A stretch of DNA of 64,000 nt from Paragordius varius. Taxonomy: Eukaryota > Animalia > Nematomorpha. The notes beneath the pieces were generated by a model, which saw nothing but the letters and a program-made list of their open reading frames with translations, was not told where the DNA came from and searched no databases. The DNA lies in contig OZ176053.1 in NCBI GenBank assembly GCA_964247055.1, forward strand, positions 11,904,001 to 11,968,000. Direction: 5' to 3'. This document shows, piece by piece, positions 50,901 through 63,800 of the stretch; the first letter of the stretch is position 1, and each line of letters starts with the position of its first letter. Both the position numbers and the translations under genes were made by a program.

Positions 50901-53504
50901 TCAATTATATATTTTTAACAATCAAATAATAATACCCATGCTAATATAAATATTTCCAACAATCAACCATTACTTTTCAACCATGAACCACACTTTTTAA
51001 CAATTAAATAATATTACCCATTCTAATATAAATATTTCCAACAATCAACTATCACTTTTTAACAATTAAATAATATTACCCATGCTAATATAAATATTTC
51101 CAACAATCAATTATATATTTTTGACAATCAAATAATATTACCCATGCTAATATTAATATTTCCAACAATCCATTACTTTTTAACAATCAAATAATATTAC
51201 CCAAGCTAATATAAATATTTCCAACAATCAATTATATATTTTTGACAATCAAATAATATCACCCATGCTAATATAAATATTTATAACAATCAACCATCAC
51301 TTTTCAACAATCAAATTAAGTAACCCATGCTAATATAAATATTTCCAACAATCAACCATTACTTTTCAACCATGAACCACACTTTTTAACAATTAAATAA
51401 TATTACTCATTCTAATATAAATATTTCCAACAATCAACTATCACTTTTTAACAATCAAATAATATTACCCATGCTAATATAAATATTTCCAACAATCAAC
51501 CATTGCTTTTCAACAATCAAATAATAATACCCATGCTAATATAAATATTTCCAACAATTAATTGTATATTTTTAACAATCAAATAATATTACCCATGCTA
51601 ATATAAATATTTCCAACAATCAATTATATATTTTTGACAATCAAATAATATCACCCATGCTAATATAAATATTTATAACAATCAACCTTCACTTTTCAAC
51701 AATCAAACTAAGTAACCCATACTAATATAAATATTTCCAACAATCAATTATATATTTTTGACAATCAAATAATATCACCCATGCTAATATAAATATTTCC
51801 AACAATCAACCATCACTTTTCAACAATCAAATTAAGTAACCCATGCTAATATAAATATTTCCAACAATCAATTACTTTTTAACAATCAAATAATATTACC
51901 CATGCTAATATAAATATTTCCAACAATCAATTATATATTTTTGACAATCAAATAATATCACCCATGCTAATATAAATATTTCCAACAATCAACCATTACT
52001 TTTCAACAATCAAATAATATTACCCATGCTAATATTAATATTTCCAACAATCCATTACTTTTTAACAATCAAATAATATTACCCAAGCTAATATAAATAT
52101 TTCCAACAATCAATTATATATTTTTGACAATCAAATAATATCACCCATGCTAATATAAATATTTATAACAATCAACCATCACTTTTCAACAATCAAATTA
52201 AGTAACCCATGCTAATATAAATATTTCCAACAATCAACCATTACGTTTCAACAAAATATACCCACGCTAATATAAATATTTCCAACAATCAACCATTGCT
52301 TTTCAACAATCAAATAATAATACCCATGCTAATATAAATATTTCCAACAATTAATTGTATATTTTTAACAATCAAATAATAATACCCATGCTAATATAAA
52401 TATTTCCAACAATCAACCATTACTTTTCAACCATGAACCACACTTTTTAACAATTAAATAATATTACTCATTCTAATATAAATATTCTCAACAATCAACT
52501 ATCACTTTTTAACAATCAAATAATATTACCCATGCTAATATAAATATTTATAACAATCAACCCTTACGTTTCAACAAAATAATATTACCCATGCTAATAT
52601 AAATATTTCCAACAATCAATTATATATTTTTGACAATCAAATAATATCACCCATGCTAATATAAATATTTCCAACAATCAACCATTACTTTTCAACAATC
52701 AAATAATATTACCCATGCTAATATTAATATTTCCAACAATCAATTATATATTTTTGACAATCAAATAATATCACCCATGCTAATATAAATATTTATAACA
52801 ATCAACCATCACTTTTCAACAATCAAATTAAGTAACCCATGCTAATATAAATATTTCCAACAATCAACCATTACGTTTCAACAAAATATACCCACGCTAA
52901 TATAAATATTTCCAACAATCAACCATTGCTTTTCAACAATCAAATAATAATACCCATGCTAATATAAATATTTCCAACAATTAATTGTATATTTTTAACA
53001 ATCAAATAATATTACCCATGCTAATATAAATATTTCCAACAATCAATTATATATTTTTAACAATCAAATAATATTACCCATGCTAATATAAATATTTATA
53101 ACAATCAACCATCACTTTTCAACAATCAAATTAAGTAACCCATGCTAATATAAATATTTCCAACAATCAACCATTACGTTTCAACAAAATATACCCACGC
53201 TAATATAAATATTTCCAACAATCAACCATTGCTTTTCAACAATCAAATAATAATACCCATGCTAATATAAATATTTCCAACAATTAATTGTATATTTTTA
53301 ACAATCATATAATATTACCCATGCTAATATAAATATTTATAACAATCAACCATCACTTTTCAACAATCAAATTAAGTAACCCATGCTAATATAAATATTT
53401 CCAACAATCAACCATTGCTTTTCAACAATCAAATAATATTACCCATGCTAATATAAATATTTCCAACAATCAATTATATATTTTTAACAATCAAATAATA
53501 TTAC

Positions 53505-53888
53505 CAGGGGCGTACCGAGGTGGGGGCAAGGGGGTGCATCATGCCCCGGGCGCCGTTATTTAGGGGCGCCTAAATGATTTTTAAAATTAAAATTTAATTA
53601 TGCAAAAATAATAAGAACTTTCAAATGAGATTTTTCAGCAATAAATCCCTATAATATATACTCTATTATTCACCTAATTAGTACCATTGAATAAATTTAG
53701 TATCATATAAATATATATATTTAATAGATTTAAAATTTATATGACTGTGCTGTCTTATCTAAGGTCCTTAGGTTACAACGTTTGTATTTTTTTACTGATT
53801 TGTTTTATTGGCTTTTAAAAAAAGGGGGGGGGGGAGGCGCCATAAAAGTTTTATGCCCCGGGCGCCGCAAATGCTTGGTACGCCACTG
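53505..53888. mobile_element. hAT-type MITE
   Basis: TIR CAGGGGCGTACC/GGTACGCCACTG; perfect 8-bp TSD AATATTAC (53497-53504, 53889-53896). Confidence 0.92.
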
Positions 53889-54589
53889 AATATTACCCAT
53901 GCTAATATAAATATTCCCAACAATCAACCATTGCTTTTCTACAATCAAATAATATTACCCATGCTAATATAAATATTTCCAACAATCAATTATATATTTT
54001 TGACAATCAAATAATATCACCCATGCTAATATAAATATTTATAACAATCAACCTTCACTTTTCAACAATCAAACTTAGTAACCCATACTAATATAAATAT
54101 TTCCAACAATCAATTATATATTTTTGACAATCAAATAATATCACCCATGCTAATATAAATATTTCCAACAATCAACCATCACTTTTCAACAATCAAATTA
54201 AGTAACCCATGCTAATATAAATATTTCCAACAATCAATTATATATTTTTAACAATCAAAAAATATTACCCATGCTAATATAAATATTTATAACAATCAAC
54301 CATCACTTTTCAAAATCAAATTAAGTAACCCATGCTAATATAAATATTTCCAACAATCAACCATCACTTTTCAACAATCAAATATTACCCATGCTAATAT
54401 AAATATTTCCAGCAATCAACCATCGCTTTTCAACAATCAAATAATATTACCCATTATAATATAAATATTTCCAACAATCAACCATCACTTTTCAAAAATC
54501 AAATAATATTACTTATGCTAATATAAATATTTCCAACAATCTATCATCACTTTTAAACAATCAAACAATATTACCCATGCTAATATAAA

Positions 54590-54780
54590 TTTTTATGTTT
54601 GTATTTAAAGGCATGATATGCCAAAGCCGAGTCATTTGTTTTATTCTTGTTAACTGCCATTTTATGTTCTTTTATCCGAACATATAGTCCTCTTTTTGTT
54701 TTATGTATCTGTCGCAGTGTTGACATTTGATTTTTATATATCACACATTGAGAACCTTTATTCAGACCAAATACGATGAT
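54590..54780 (-). mobile_element. Penelope-like GIY-YIG endonuclease fragment
   Basis: TKRGLYVRIKEHK...SALAYHA...H matches the Penelope endonuclease pattern; abuts the right end of the satellite. Confidence 0.75.
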
Positions 54781-54829
54781 ACAACTGGAAGACGATGAGG
54801 TATCACACATGGTAATAAGAATATATTTA

Positions 54830-55410
54830 TCCTAAGCAAGGAGTTGAGTTAGTGGAAAATAAGATATGTTAAATCCACTGAAAAACAAACTTAAATCAGC
54901 AATAAGGACAAATAATTGGAGAGATCCAAACATCAAAGAATTCTTCAAAGTAAACAAGGAGATTCAAATATACTGTAATTTTTTGTTTGTGAATGATAGA
55001 TTACAAATACCGACATCCTTACAGCTGGTCAGAATGAAATTCTTACATACTGAGCATAAATGATTGCAATCGATGAAACAACAAGTGAGACTATCCATAC
55101 AAAGGCCAAGCTTACAAATAGATCTAGAATCGTAGAAACATAAGAACCGTGTCAAAAGAACAGATACAATATAAGGGATCCAATGTGGAAACAGAATTTT
55201 AACACCTCGTTGTGAAAGCGAATTCACATTGACTTAGACGGACCAATAGACGGCTATTTTTGGAGTTATGATTAATAGTACCTTCAGATGGATTGAACTG
55301 GCTTTATAAATATCGCGACAAATTGAATTGCCTAGAACATTTTCCAAGATTTGATTTGCTGAGACAAATGGGACCGATAATGTGACGTTCTTTACATCGC
55401 ATTTTTAGTT
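54830..55410 (+). mobile_element. Decayed Gypsy integrase-region fragment
   Basis: LKSAIRTNNW...FVNDRLQIP...KFLH aligns by eye with the young element's VKNTIRTNSW...YLNDRLVIP...KLLH; ends near a TDN motif. Confidence 0.75.
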
Positions 55411-56185
55411 AAAAACCTTATTAAATCTAAAAAATTGTTAAATTGGATAAAATTCAAAATGAAAAATGCTATTTTTAATGAATACTAATAAATAAAGATA
55501 TTAGTTTAAAAAATACAAAAATAGATAATACATGCAAAAATTATGGATACGAAAGTTAAGTACTAATTTAAAGTATTCAAGGACCATCTTGAAATGTCAG
55601 ACAAAACTTTTAAAGTGCAAAGATGGTATATAAGCAGTACCGGTTATCAGTCTTGAGCATTTTTTTAGCCAAGTTGAGATAATGTGAGTCTTTGATGAAC
55701 TTATAGTTAAATACGATTAGACGTCCGCATGCAATGTCCAATATCACCAAAATTGGTTTCATAGCAAAACTCCTTTGATAGCAAAAGACGATGCATTTTA
55801 TCTAACTAGATACTAACATCAAACCCATCCTCCAATTATGCCTTGCGCTGAAGCTTCAATACGTTATGGGAAGATATACGCGGACGCTACTTGATATTTG
55901 ACAATAATTTTTAAAATAAGTATTTTTACCCTTTACCGTTATTTTTACTGTGGGATATATCTTTATATTAAAACTAAATATATAAATTTAGCAATTTCTA
56001 TTAATTATTGATTCATTTAAACAATTAGATGGCACGGGGCATGCATCATAAATAATTGATTACTTGTTATTCAAAAGAAACTAAATGAGATAATATATAT
56101 ATATATATATATATTATAATATATATATATTATATTCGTAGATATTTTCTAGGCAATAAACAAAATTAAACTATTGTAAAGTGAT

Positions 56186-57292
56186 ATGGATACTCAATAC
56201 AAAAGAAATTACGTACACGATTTGTTGATGAATCATAATGAGATCAATTGCACCAATAGGCCACCTTGGCTCATTACACCGTATAAAGGTTCTCAATCAT
56301 ATATTATGGGTGGAATATGGTTGACTCTTTTAACCATTGGGATCATAGGAAATTTTGTTGGGTCAGTTATTTTACGGCGCATACGCTTGAACATGAAGAT
56401 GCCTGCTTGCCAAACGTATTATTCTTATCTCTCTTTTGTTATACAATTAAACTTTGCGCTAAACCTCATTGGCTTAGTCTCTAACCTACAAGTGTTTCAC
56501 TCGTTAATGCGAGGATATCCATTCGTACATAGTTGGATTTGGTGGAAAAGTACTCATATTTCACTCTTTCTCTATAATGGTTTGGTAGGAGCTTCGTCCT
56601 TTAGCATAATATTTGTTTTGCGCAGTCAATATATATCTCTATTGCATCCGTTAAGACAATATCAATCCGGAGGTATAATGAATTGCTTAGTGCGAAAAAA
56701 AATAATACTTTTCGCTAGCCTTGTGGTGGGAATATCTATGTCCTTTTCAACCCTTTTTTGGTACGAAATAGCTCCCTGCAGCGTATTAATATTCGGTGAA
56801 TTTGGAACAGAGCAGTTCCTCATATATATTGAATCGGAAGTTTTCAAATATGCTTGGGTCAAAAAATATGACATCTTTCGCATGGTTGTTTTGTACATTT
56901 TACCTAGTTTAGGCGTTTTATATTATGGTGTGAAGACGTGCATTTTATTGGCTAAGCTCAATAAATGCCACATGAAAAAATTTGGACGGTTAAATTTTAT
57001 TTCTAATATCAAAACCAGAAGATATGAAATTAGTCAAATAAATTTGGCTAGAACAAATAGTACTTCAAATGCAAATTTTAACAAAAAAATTTTGTCAAAT
57101 ATAATATATTATTTATTATTTTGCCTCTGTCAATTGCCAAACTTTATCTTAATTGCTGCTCGAGAACAAATTTTAGATGAAATTGTAATCAATTTTTCCG
57201 ATATATTAGAATTATTATTTCACACTTGTACTATATTTGTATATTTCATAAGTGATAAAAATTTCAAAAAGTATGCACCCTCATTATTTTAA
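56186..57292 (+). CDS. Intronless 7TM class-A GPCR-like, paralog C, 368 aa
   Basis: Intact ORF colinear with A and B but more divergent; opposite orientation, on the other side of the satellite. Confidence 0.8.
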   Translation: MDTQYKRNYVHDLLMNHNEINCTNRPPWLITPYKGSQSYIMGGIWLTLLTIGIIGNFVGSVILRRIRLNMKMPACQTYYSYLSFVIQLNFALNLIGLVSNLQVFHSLMRGYPFVHSWIWWKSTHISLFLYNGLVGASSFSIIFVLRSQYISLLHPLRQYQSGGIMNCLVRKKIILFASLVVGISMSFSTLFWYEIAPCSVLIFGEFGTEQFLIYIESEVFKYAWVKKYDIFRMVVLYILPSLGVLYYGVKTCILLAKLNKCHMKKFGRLNFISNIKTRRYEISQINLARTNSTSNANFNKKILSNIIYYLLFCLCQLPNFILIAAREQILDEIVINFSDILELLFHTCTIFVYFISDKNFKKYAPSLF

Positions 57293-57451
57293 TTCAATAA
57301 ATTTGGATGCGTATCTTTCTATGCATAATATTATTGTTCGACGTTGTTATATCTTTTATGTAAGCATATTTTTAACAATATTCTATGGACATCATTTTTG
57401 TAGCAGTTATGAAGAGTAATTTTGAATATATTTTCAACGTGTAACAATAAA

Positions 57452-57523
57452 CAGGGGTGTTTGGGAGAAAATTTCACGCGGACACATAAGATATTAAGTA
57501 TTAAAAGATTTATCTATCACGTT

Positions 57524-57567
<44 letters not shown>

Positions 57568-57669
57568 CGGATTGGGGTGGCTAACACAGGTCATGAATAA
57601 ATAATATTTTTGGCTAGTTGTGGAATCTTGGGGGCACGAAGTCGATCGCGGTCGACCGGGCCACCCCTG
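57452..57669. mobile_element. hAT-type MITE containing (AT)n
   Basis: TIR CAGGGGTG/CACCCCTG; perfect 8-bp TSD ACAATAAA. Confidence 0.85.
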
Positions 57670-58101
57670 ACAATAAATACCCCGTTCTATCATACATGTA
57701 AAAATAAGGAGGGGGATAGGGTGATATTTAAGTAAATGAGCCTTGATACATGCGTATCGGAAAAAGCCTTAGATGGCTCATTTAACTTAATTGATTAATC
57801 AATTAATAGAAAATTTCGAGTTATCATTGTTTGAGACAAAAAATTTAAAACCTTATAACTAAAAAAGTATAACAAAATATAGATTTTATAAAGTTTGTGA
57901 AACCAAATTAATCACTGCTCTCATTCATAATGCCTTTAATTAATTTATGTTAATGAATTAAAACAGGGGTTCTTAAACTATGGGTCGCGACCCCATTTGG
58001 GGTCGCGTAGCAAAATTATCGGGTCGCGAGTGATAATATGCATTAACAAAAAATGATTTTTAACTTGAACAATTATTGTTATAAAAAAATAACAATTATC
58101 G

Positions 58102-58132
<31 letters not shown>

Positions 58133-58399
58133 TCTGATTACGAAAAACTGTTTATACCAGCATTTATCTTCCGAACATAGCTATTTCACATGTTTTAATG
58201 AAGATTGAAGAATGGATTGTCTTTGGGAACGTCTTTTGTCAAAAAACAATTATATTTGCTCTTCTAGTTTTAATTTGTCAGTGCCCTCTGTAACAAGATT
58301 TTAGTTTTCTTTTTATTCGGTAATTAATAATCAAATATAATCTGCAATATGTTATTTTTATATATTTATTGTATTTTAGGATCTAAATAATTTTTGCCC

Positions 58400-60230
58400 A
58401 TAGATAAATGGCTGTTAAATAAGAATTGTAATGACGCAATTAATCCAGCAAATTCTTCTCAGTCAGGACAATATTGGAAAAGAGACATCTAATGAGCGAA
58501 AAAGAAAATATGATGAGTCTTTTCTTCAATTTGACTTCATATTTCAAAATTGTAATGGTAATGAACAACCTCTTTGTTTGATATGCAATGAATTATTGGC
58601 TTTGGAGAGTATGAAACTGTCAAAATTAAGAAGATTTGAATCAAAGCATGTTTCGTATGTCAATAAACCCTAAGAATATTTTGAAAGACTGTGTATATCT
58701 TTAAATAAAGAATAGAAAAACATTGAAAAATTTATCACCGTTAATGAAAATTTACTAGCATCTTATGAAGTTTCATACTGTATTGCTAAAAATAAAAAGC
58801 CGTTCCCCATTGGCGAAGATCTTGTGTTACCTGCAGCTATTAAAATGGTAGAAATACTACATGTAAAAAAATATGGCGATGATATTCGAAAAATTCCTTT
58901 GTCAAACGACACTGTCTTAAATAAAATTTCTGATATTAACTAGGATCAATTAATACAACTTATGACAAGAATTAAAAAAAAGCCCAAAATTTTCGCTTCA
59001 GTTGGACAAATCAACTGATATTACTAAATTGGCTGTTGTTAGTATATGTCAGGTACGTTTATAAAGAAAGCGTGGAGGAATAATTGTTATTTTGTTGTCC
59101 TATGAAAGACCATACTACATGGAAAGACATATATCGTAAAGTGGACGAATTTTTTAAAGCAGAAGGATTAGGAAAAATTGCTGTGGAATATGCACAGATG
59201 GTGCAAAAGCGATGACGGGCAAAAATGTTAGTTTTAAATCATTTTTAGCTGCTCATTATGATTATATAACTTTTACTCATTGCCTTATTCACCGAGAGGC
59301 TATGGCAACAAAAATTAGCACCAGAATTAAACGATTCAGGATGCTGTTAAGGTCATAAATTTTCTTAAGACATGCCCTTAACAGTCGCTTATTATCAAAT
59401 CTCTGTAAGGATACGGATTCCAACTGCACAACTTTGTTATTACATGCAGAAGTAGGATGGTTGTCAATGCGTCAAAGTTTACAAAGATTATTATTATTGA
59501 AACACGATATCGAAATATTTTTAACTGATCGAAAATGTGAATTTGCTGTTTTTTTTTCAAAATGACTTATGGCTATCCAAGCTGTGTTATTTGTCAGATA
59601 TTTTTGCGAAGTTAATAGATCCTAACTTGTCTCTTCAAGGAAAAGATTGCGATATATTTACTTCAAACGATAAAATTGAAAGTATTAAAAAATCAGCATT
59701 TGGAAAAGTAGAGTCGAAAAAAATTCGTTCGGAATTTTTTCCAATGTCGACAATTTTCTAATTAAAAAAATTCATTGTAAAAGTTTTTTTACAAAAACTA
59801 TTCTAAATCACTTAAAAGCGTTAGAAATACAATTTCGAACATACTTTATCTCAAATATTGATTTACAACAAATAGTTTGAATTCAAAAGCCGTTTTGGAT
59901 TGGCTTAAGTGAGATTGCTCATTTGCCACTTAAAGCTCAAGAGGAATTTGCTGAGCTTTCATGTGGCTTAAACTACAATTCCAAAAAAAGCCCTTGACTG
60001 AATTCTGGATCGGAACTAGAACTGAATTTCCCACAATCGCCGACATGGACTTAAATGTACTTCTGCCATTCCACACCACATATTTATGTGAAGTTACTTT
60101 CTCAGCTTTAACACACATCCCAATATCGTTAAGTAATAAAAAATGTTGAGAGGTCTGACGTCCACCAGTTTCAAACATTACACCAAGATTTGAATTGTTA
60201 TGCAATAAAAAACAGGATCCATCTCATTAA
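58400..60230 (+). pseudogene. Buster/ZBED5-like transposase pseudogene
   Basis: BED-finger region RKYDESFLQF...PLCLIC.E.LA.ESMK.SKL; CTDGA; HC..HRE; WLSKLCYLSDIF; LLPFHTTYLCEVTFSAL; ends ...PSH*. Multiple stops and frameshifts. Confidence 0.88.
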
Positions 60231-60282
60231 ACTTACGTAAACTTTAATTTAATCTTTACCACGCATCTACTTGGATATATTC

Positions 60283-61330
60283 CAGGGCTTCTTAAACTTT
60301 TATAATTCCCGACCCATTTATAATTGCGAGTTTCTCAACGATTCCAAAAAAATAAAAGAAAAATAAATTAATATTTTTTGATATATATTATTATGTAACA
60401 ATATGCACATGCATATTAAAATATATAAATTTAGTATTCGTTTTGAAACAAAAAATCTAAAATTGAAATTTGCACAAAATGTTATAGAAATGTTTTATTA
60501 TAGTTTCGAAAACAAAATGGATTCTGACCGTCTTAATCGTATATATTCAAGTATTGAGTGGTAAATATTAAATTAAAGTTTAGGTAAAAATTTAATGAGA
60601 TGGATGTACCTGTTTTTTATTGCATAACATCAAATCTTGGTGTAATGTTTGAAACTACGTAAAACCTCTTCAACATTTTTTATCACTGAAAACGGGATTT
60701 AATGTGTGTTAAAGCTGAGAAAGTAACTTCACATAAATATTGGTGTGGAATGGCAGAAGTACATTTAAGTCCATGTCGGCGATTGTGGGAAATTCAGTTC
60801 TAGTTCCGATCCATTTATTCAAGGGATTTTTTTAGAATTGTAGTTTTAAGTTTGAGTCACACGAAAGCTTAGCAATATTCTTGAGTTTTAAGTGGCAGAT
60901 GATCAATCTTACTTAAGCAAATCCAAGGCTTTTGAATCAAATAACTATTTTGATAATATTTAATATAAAATATGTCAGGAAATGTATTTCTAGCGCTTTT
61001 TAGTGATCTACAATAGTTTTTCAATATGAGTTTTACAATTAATTTTCTCAATTACAAAATTGTAGACACTGGAAAAATTTCAAACGAATTTTTTTCAACT
61101 CTACTTTTCCAAATGCTGATCTTTTTAATAAAACTTGCAATTTTATCGCTTGCAGTATATATGTGCATATTTTTTAGTGAAGATACAAGTTGGGATCGTT
61201 TACTTCGCTAAAATATTCGACAAATAACACTTGGATAGCCACAAGTCATTTTTAAAAAAAGGAGAAAATTCTCATTTTTATTCAGTTAATAATATTTCGA
61301 TCTCGTCCTTCAATAACAATAATTATTTCG
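60283..61330 (-). mobile_element. 5'-truncated, inverted second copy of the same hAT family
   Basis: Starts with the TIR CAGGGCTTCTTAAACT; ~60590-61310 is the reverse complement of ~59500-60230, and 60283-60500 of ~61400-61624. Confidence 0.8.
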
Positions 61331-62654
61331 GTAAGATGGACAAAATATATGTATTTTTTATAAATTTCTATAACATCTTCTGATTCATAGTCTATTTATA
61401 CGATATATTATAATAATCGGAATATTGTGCAAATTTTAATTTATGATTTTGTATGTTTCAAAACGAATTCTAAATTTATATATTTTCTTATGCATATGTA
61501 TATTGTTTCTTAATAAATATATCATCAAAAAATATTAATTTATTTTTTTTTATATTTATTGGGGTCGCCAAGAAATTTGCGATCATAAACGGGGTCGCGA
61601 CTCACAAAAGTTTAAGAAGCCCTGAATGAAAACGAAGCTAAAGGTACAATATCATACAAACACAAACTATAAGCTCTAACTAATTCAAGAGCGAATATTC
61701 TTGTGGTTATAGGGGTATTTCCATTTTTAGTTTTAATTAATATAAGCGCGTATGCGGGTACCCATAAGTAAATTTTTTCTACCAACATAAAATTGGGTAA
61801 AATAATGTCCGTAGATCGTTTTTAAAATTAATTTATTATAAATCTAGATCATTATGGTATATGTCTTTTCGTTGATTTTTGTTAATGGTCTTCTTGATAA
61901 ACTAAATTGTAATTTTTTGGTTATAAATAGGCCTATAAGTGATTGAATAATTTTAAAAGAACGGGATATAATCATTTACTATCATTATAAAAATATTTCT
62001 CATATCTTAACAAAATATTACTTACAGTTCTCATAATCATCTAAATATAATTTTCTTTGCCAGTTTACCCATTAAGTTAATAATACTATTTGGCTACTAA
62101 AATTAATGTAAAAAAGGCATTAAAGTTTTACTCATAGTCATACTGCATCTCTTAACATTTATGAAGTAGCTGAATTATAAATCTCAAAGCAAAACTCTCC
62201 GCCAAAATCCTACCGGGACGTTCCTTGTAAGCCAGCGCACACTTAATGGTTCTGTATGAAAAGAAATCTAACATGCTTTAGTAGAGCATTGATGTGTGTA
62301 TAATGTATATTGTAAAAAAAAGTCTTTTTTGAATAATGTAAATATATATTTGGATATTAATGGCGTTCGATTTGTACCAAGAATGTAATATACAATTTAT
62401 TTTAATTGTGTCAATTGCTGAGCCCAAATAATTTTTACTTTACATCCGAACAGAAATCCCTTTGAACTTTAATAATGGTAACTAATTCAACTGTGTCGGC
62501 AAAACGAATTAGCTACGATCATCTGGCACTTTTTCGATTTTATAAAATGTCACCGTCACATTATAATTTATATTTATCTCTATAATAAATACTAAGAACC
62601 ATTTACCATCGTCTGAATGTGGAAAAATTGCAACCATCTCTGTAAATGGCTTTA

Positions 62655-63800
62655 ACACTTCATTACCTTTTCATTTTTTGTCCTATTTTACATTTTGGGG
62701 TATTTTATATTCAGACCTCAATTTTGTAAATACAGTTTTAAAAGTTACTTTATTTAACTATCAAACAACTCATGTCTTATATTACAAAGTTTATATTTTT
62801 TACAGTTTCGAGAGTAGAGTCTAAATTTGAAACAGCTCCAAAACACGGTCGAAAAAAACTACAAAATATATCAAATTTTTGCTCCTAAAATGTAGCATGA
62901 AAGACTTTTAAAGTTATTTATTTACATTTTCCAACCATAATATAAATTTATTTGCAAGTTGCATTCGATTTAAAAAATTAGAAAAAAATGGCGGTAAAAA
63001 AGTTTGAGATAAAATATTTTTATCCATAAAATGCGCCAAAGGCTACAAAAAGATAATTTTAAATTCGACTCAATACGTAAATAGTTTATGATATTCAAAT
63101 TTTTAATCGTTCAGTGATATAAAACTACCCCAAAAGGTAATTGAGTGTTAAACATCAAAACTAAAAACATTATGAATGACACATTTTAATCATCATATGT
63201 GCTTAAGGTAATAAACTACTTATTTAATAATTATATGGTAAATTTGGATCCTAAATATCTAAAATATAGAATGTAAATATTTTTTGTGCGTTTTTTCATC
63301 TATTTTGATGTAGAACTAAAAAATATCCAAATGTTATTTTAAACTATATATATAAAAAATATTTTTTTAGCATTCATATTTTCGCAGGCATTTATGTGCT
63401 TTTTTAGCATTTGCTATAACTTTATATCATTAAATAATATTATCAACCTTTTCATCACAATTTTTGTCGTACAAAATAAGTTAATAAAAAACTCATTAAC
63501 ATAAATAATATATTCTATTGTTATTTTTATAAACATATCTAAATGTATAATTTCTTAGTTTTTTATCAGTTAAGGGTGATATGGTAAATTATTTATAGTC
63601 CGAAAAACCAGTTTATCAATCGCAAAAACATTTTAACTTAAATTTGAACAAAAAAAGACATGAATTGCCTTAGGACATTTTAAACACGACTATATAAATT
63701 ATAATATTATCGATTCATACTTGTTACATCATTCAAAATTTTAAATAATTTTTTATCTTTCATCTAATTCCACTTAGGAATGATCCCATGTCACAAAGTA
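62655..63800. repeat. Copy of the TTAA-CACTT dispersed repeat family; right boundary approximate
   Basis: Homologous by eye to 15009-15480 and to ~30880-31900 and ~37480-38480. Confidence 0.55.

Larger units (their letters stand above)
39794..54590. repeat. Satellite array, ~62-bp monomer, roughly 210-220 units
   Basis: Consensus AACAATCAACCATCACTTTTC-AACAATCAAATAATATTACCC-ATGCTAATATAAATATTTCC; register shifts 2 nt per 60-nt line; degenerate at the left edge. Confidence 0.97.
57964..61624 (+). mobile_element. hAT (Buster/Charlie-like) DNA transposon, decayed, with nested inverted copy
   Basis: TIR CAGGGGTTCTTAAACT / AGTTTAAGAAGCCCTG; GGGTCGCG subterminal repeats; 8-bp TSD AATTAAAA/AATGAAAA. 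Confidence 0.88.

Noticed and set aside
41320-53400. Telomere-like TAACCC in satellite variants
   Set aside because: Single hexamers within one monomer variant, never tandem; expected by chance in this composition.
39794-54590. CRISPR-like array or repeat-encoded protein
   Set aside because: Units are contiguous with no unique spacers, there are no cas genes, the context is eukaryotic, and no long ORF is reported across the array.
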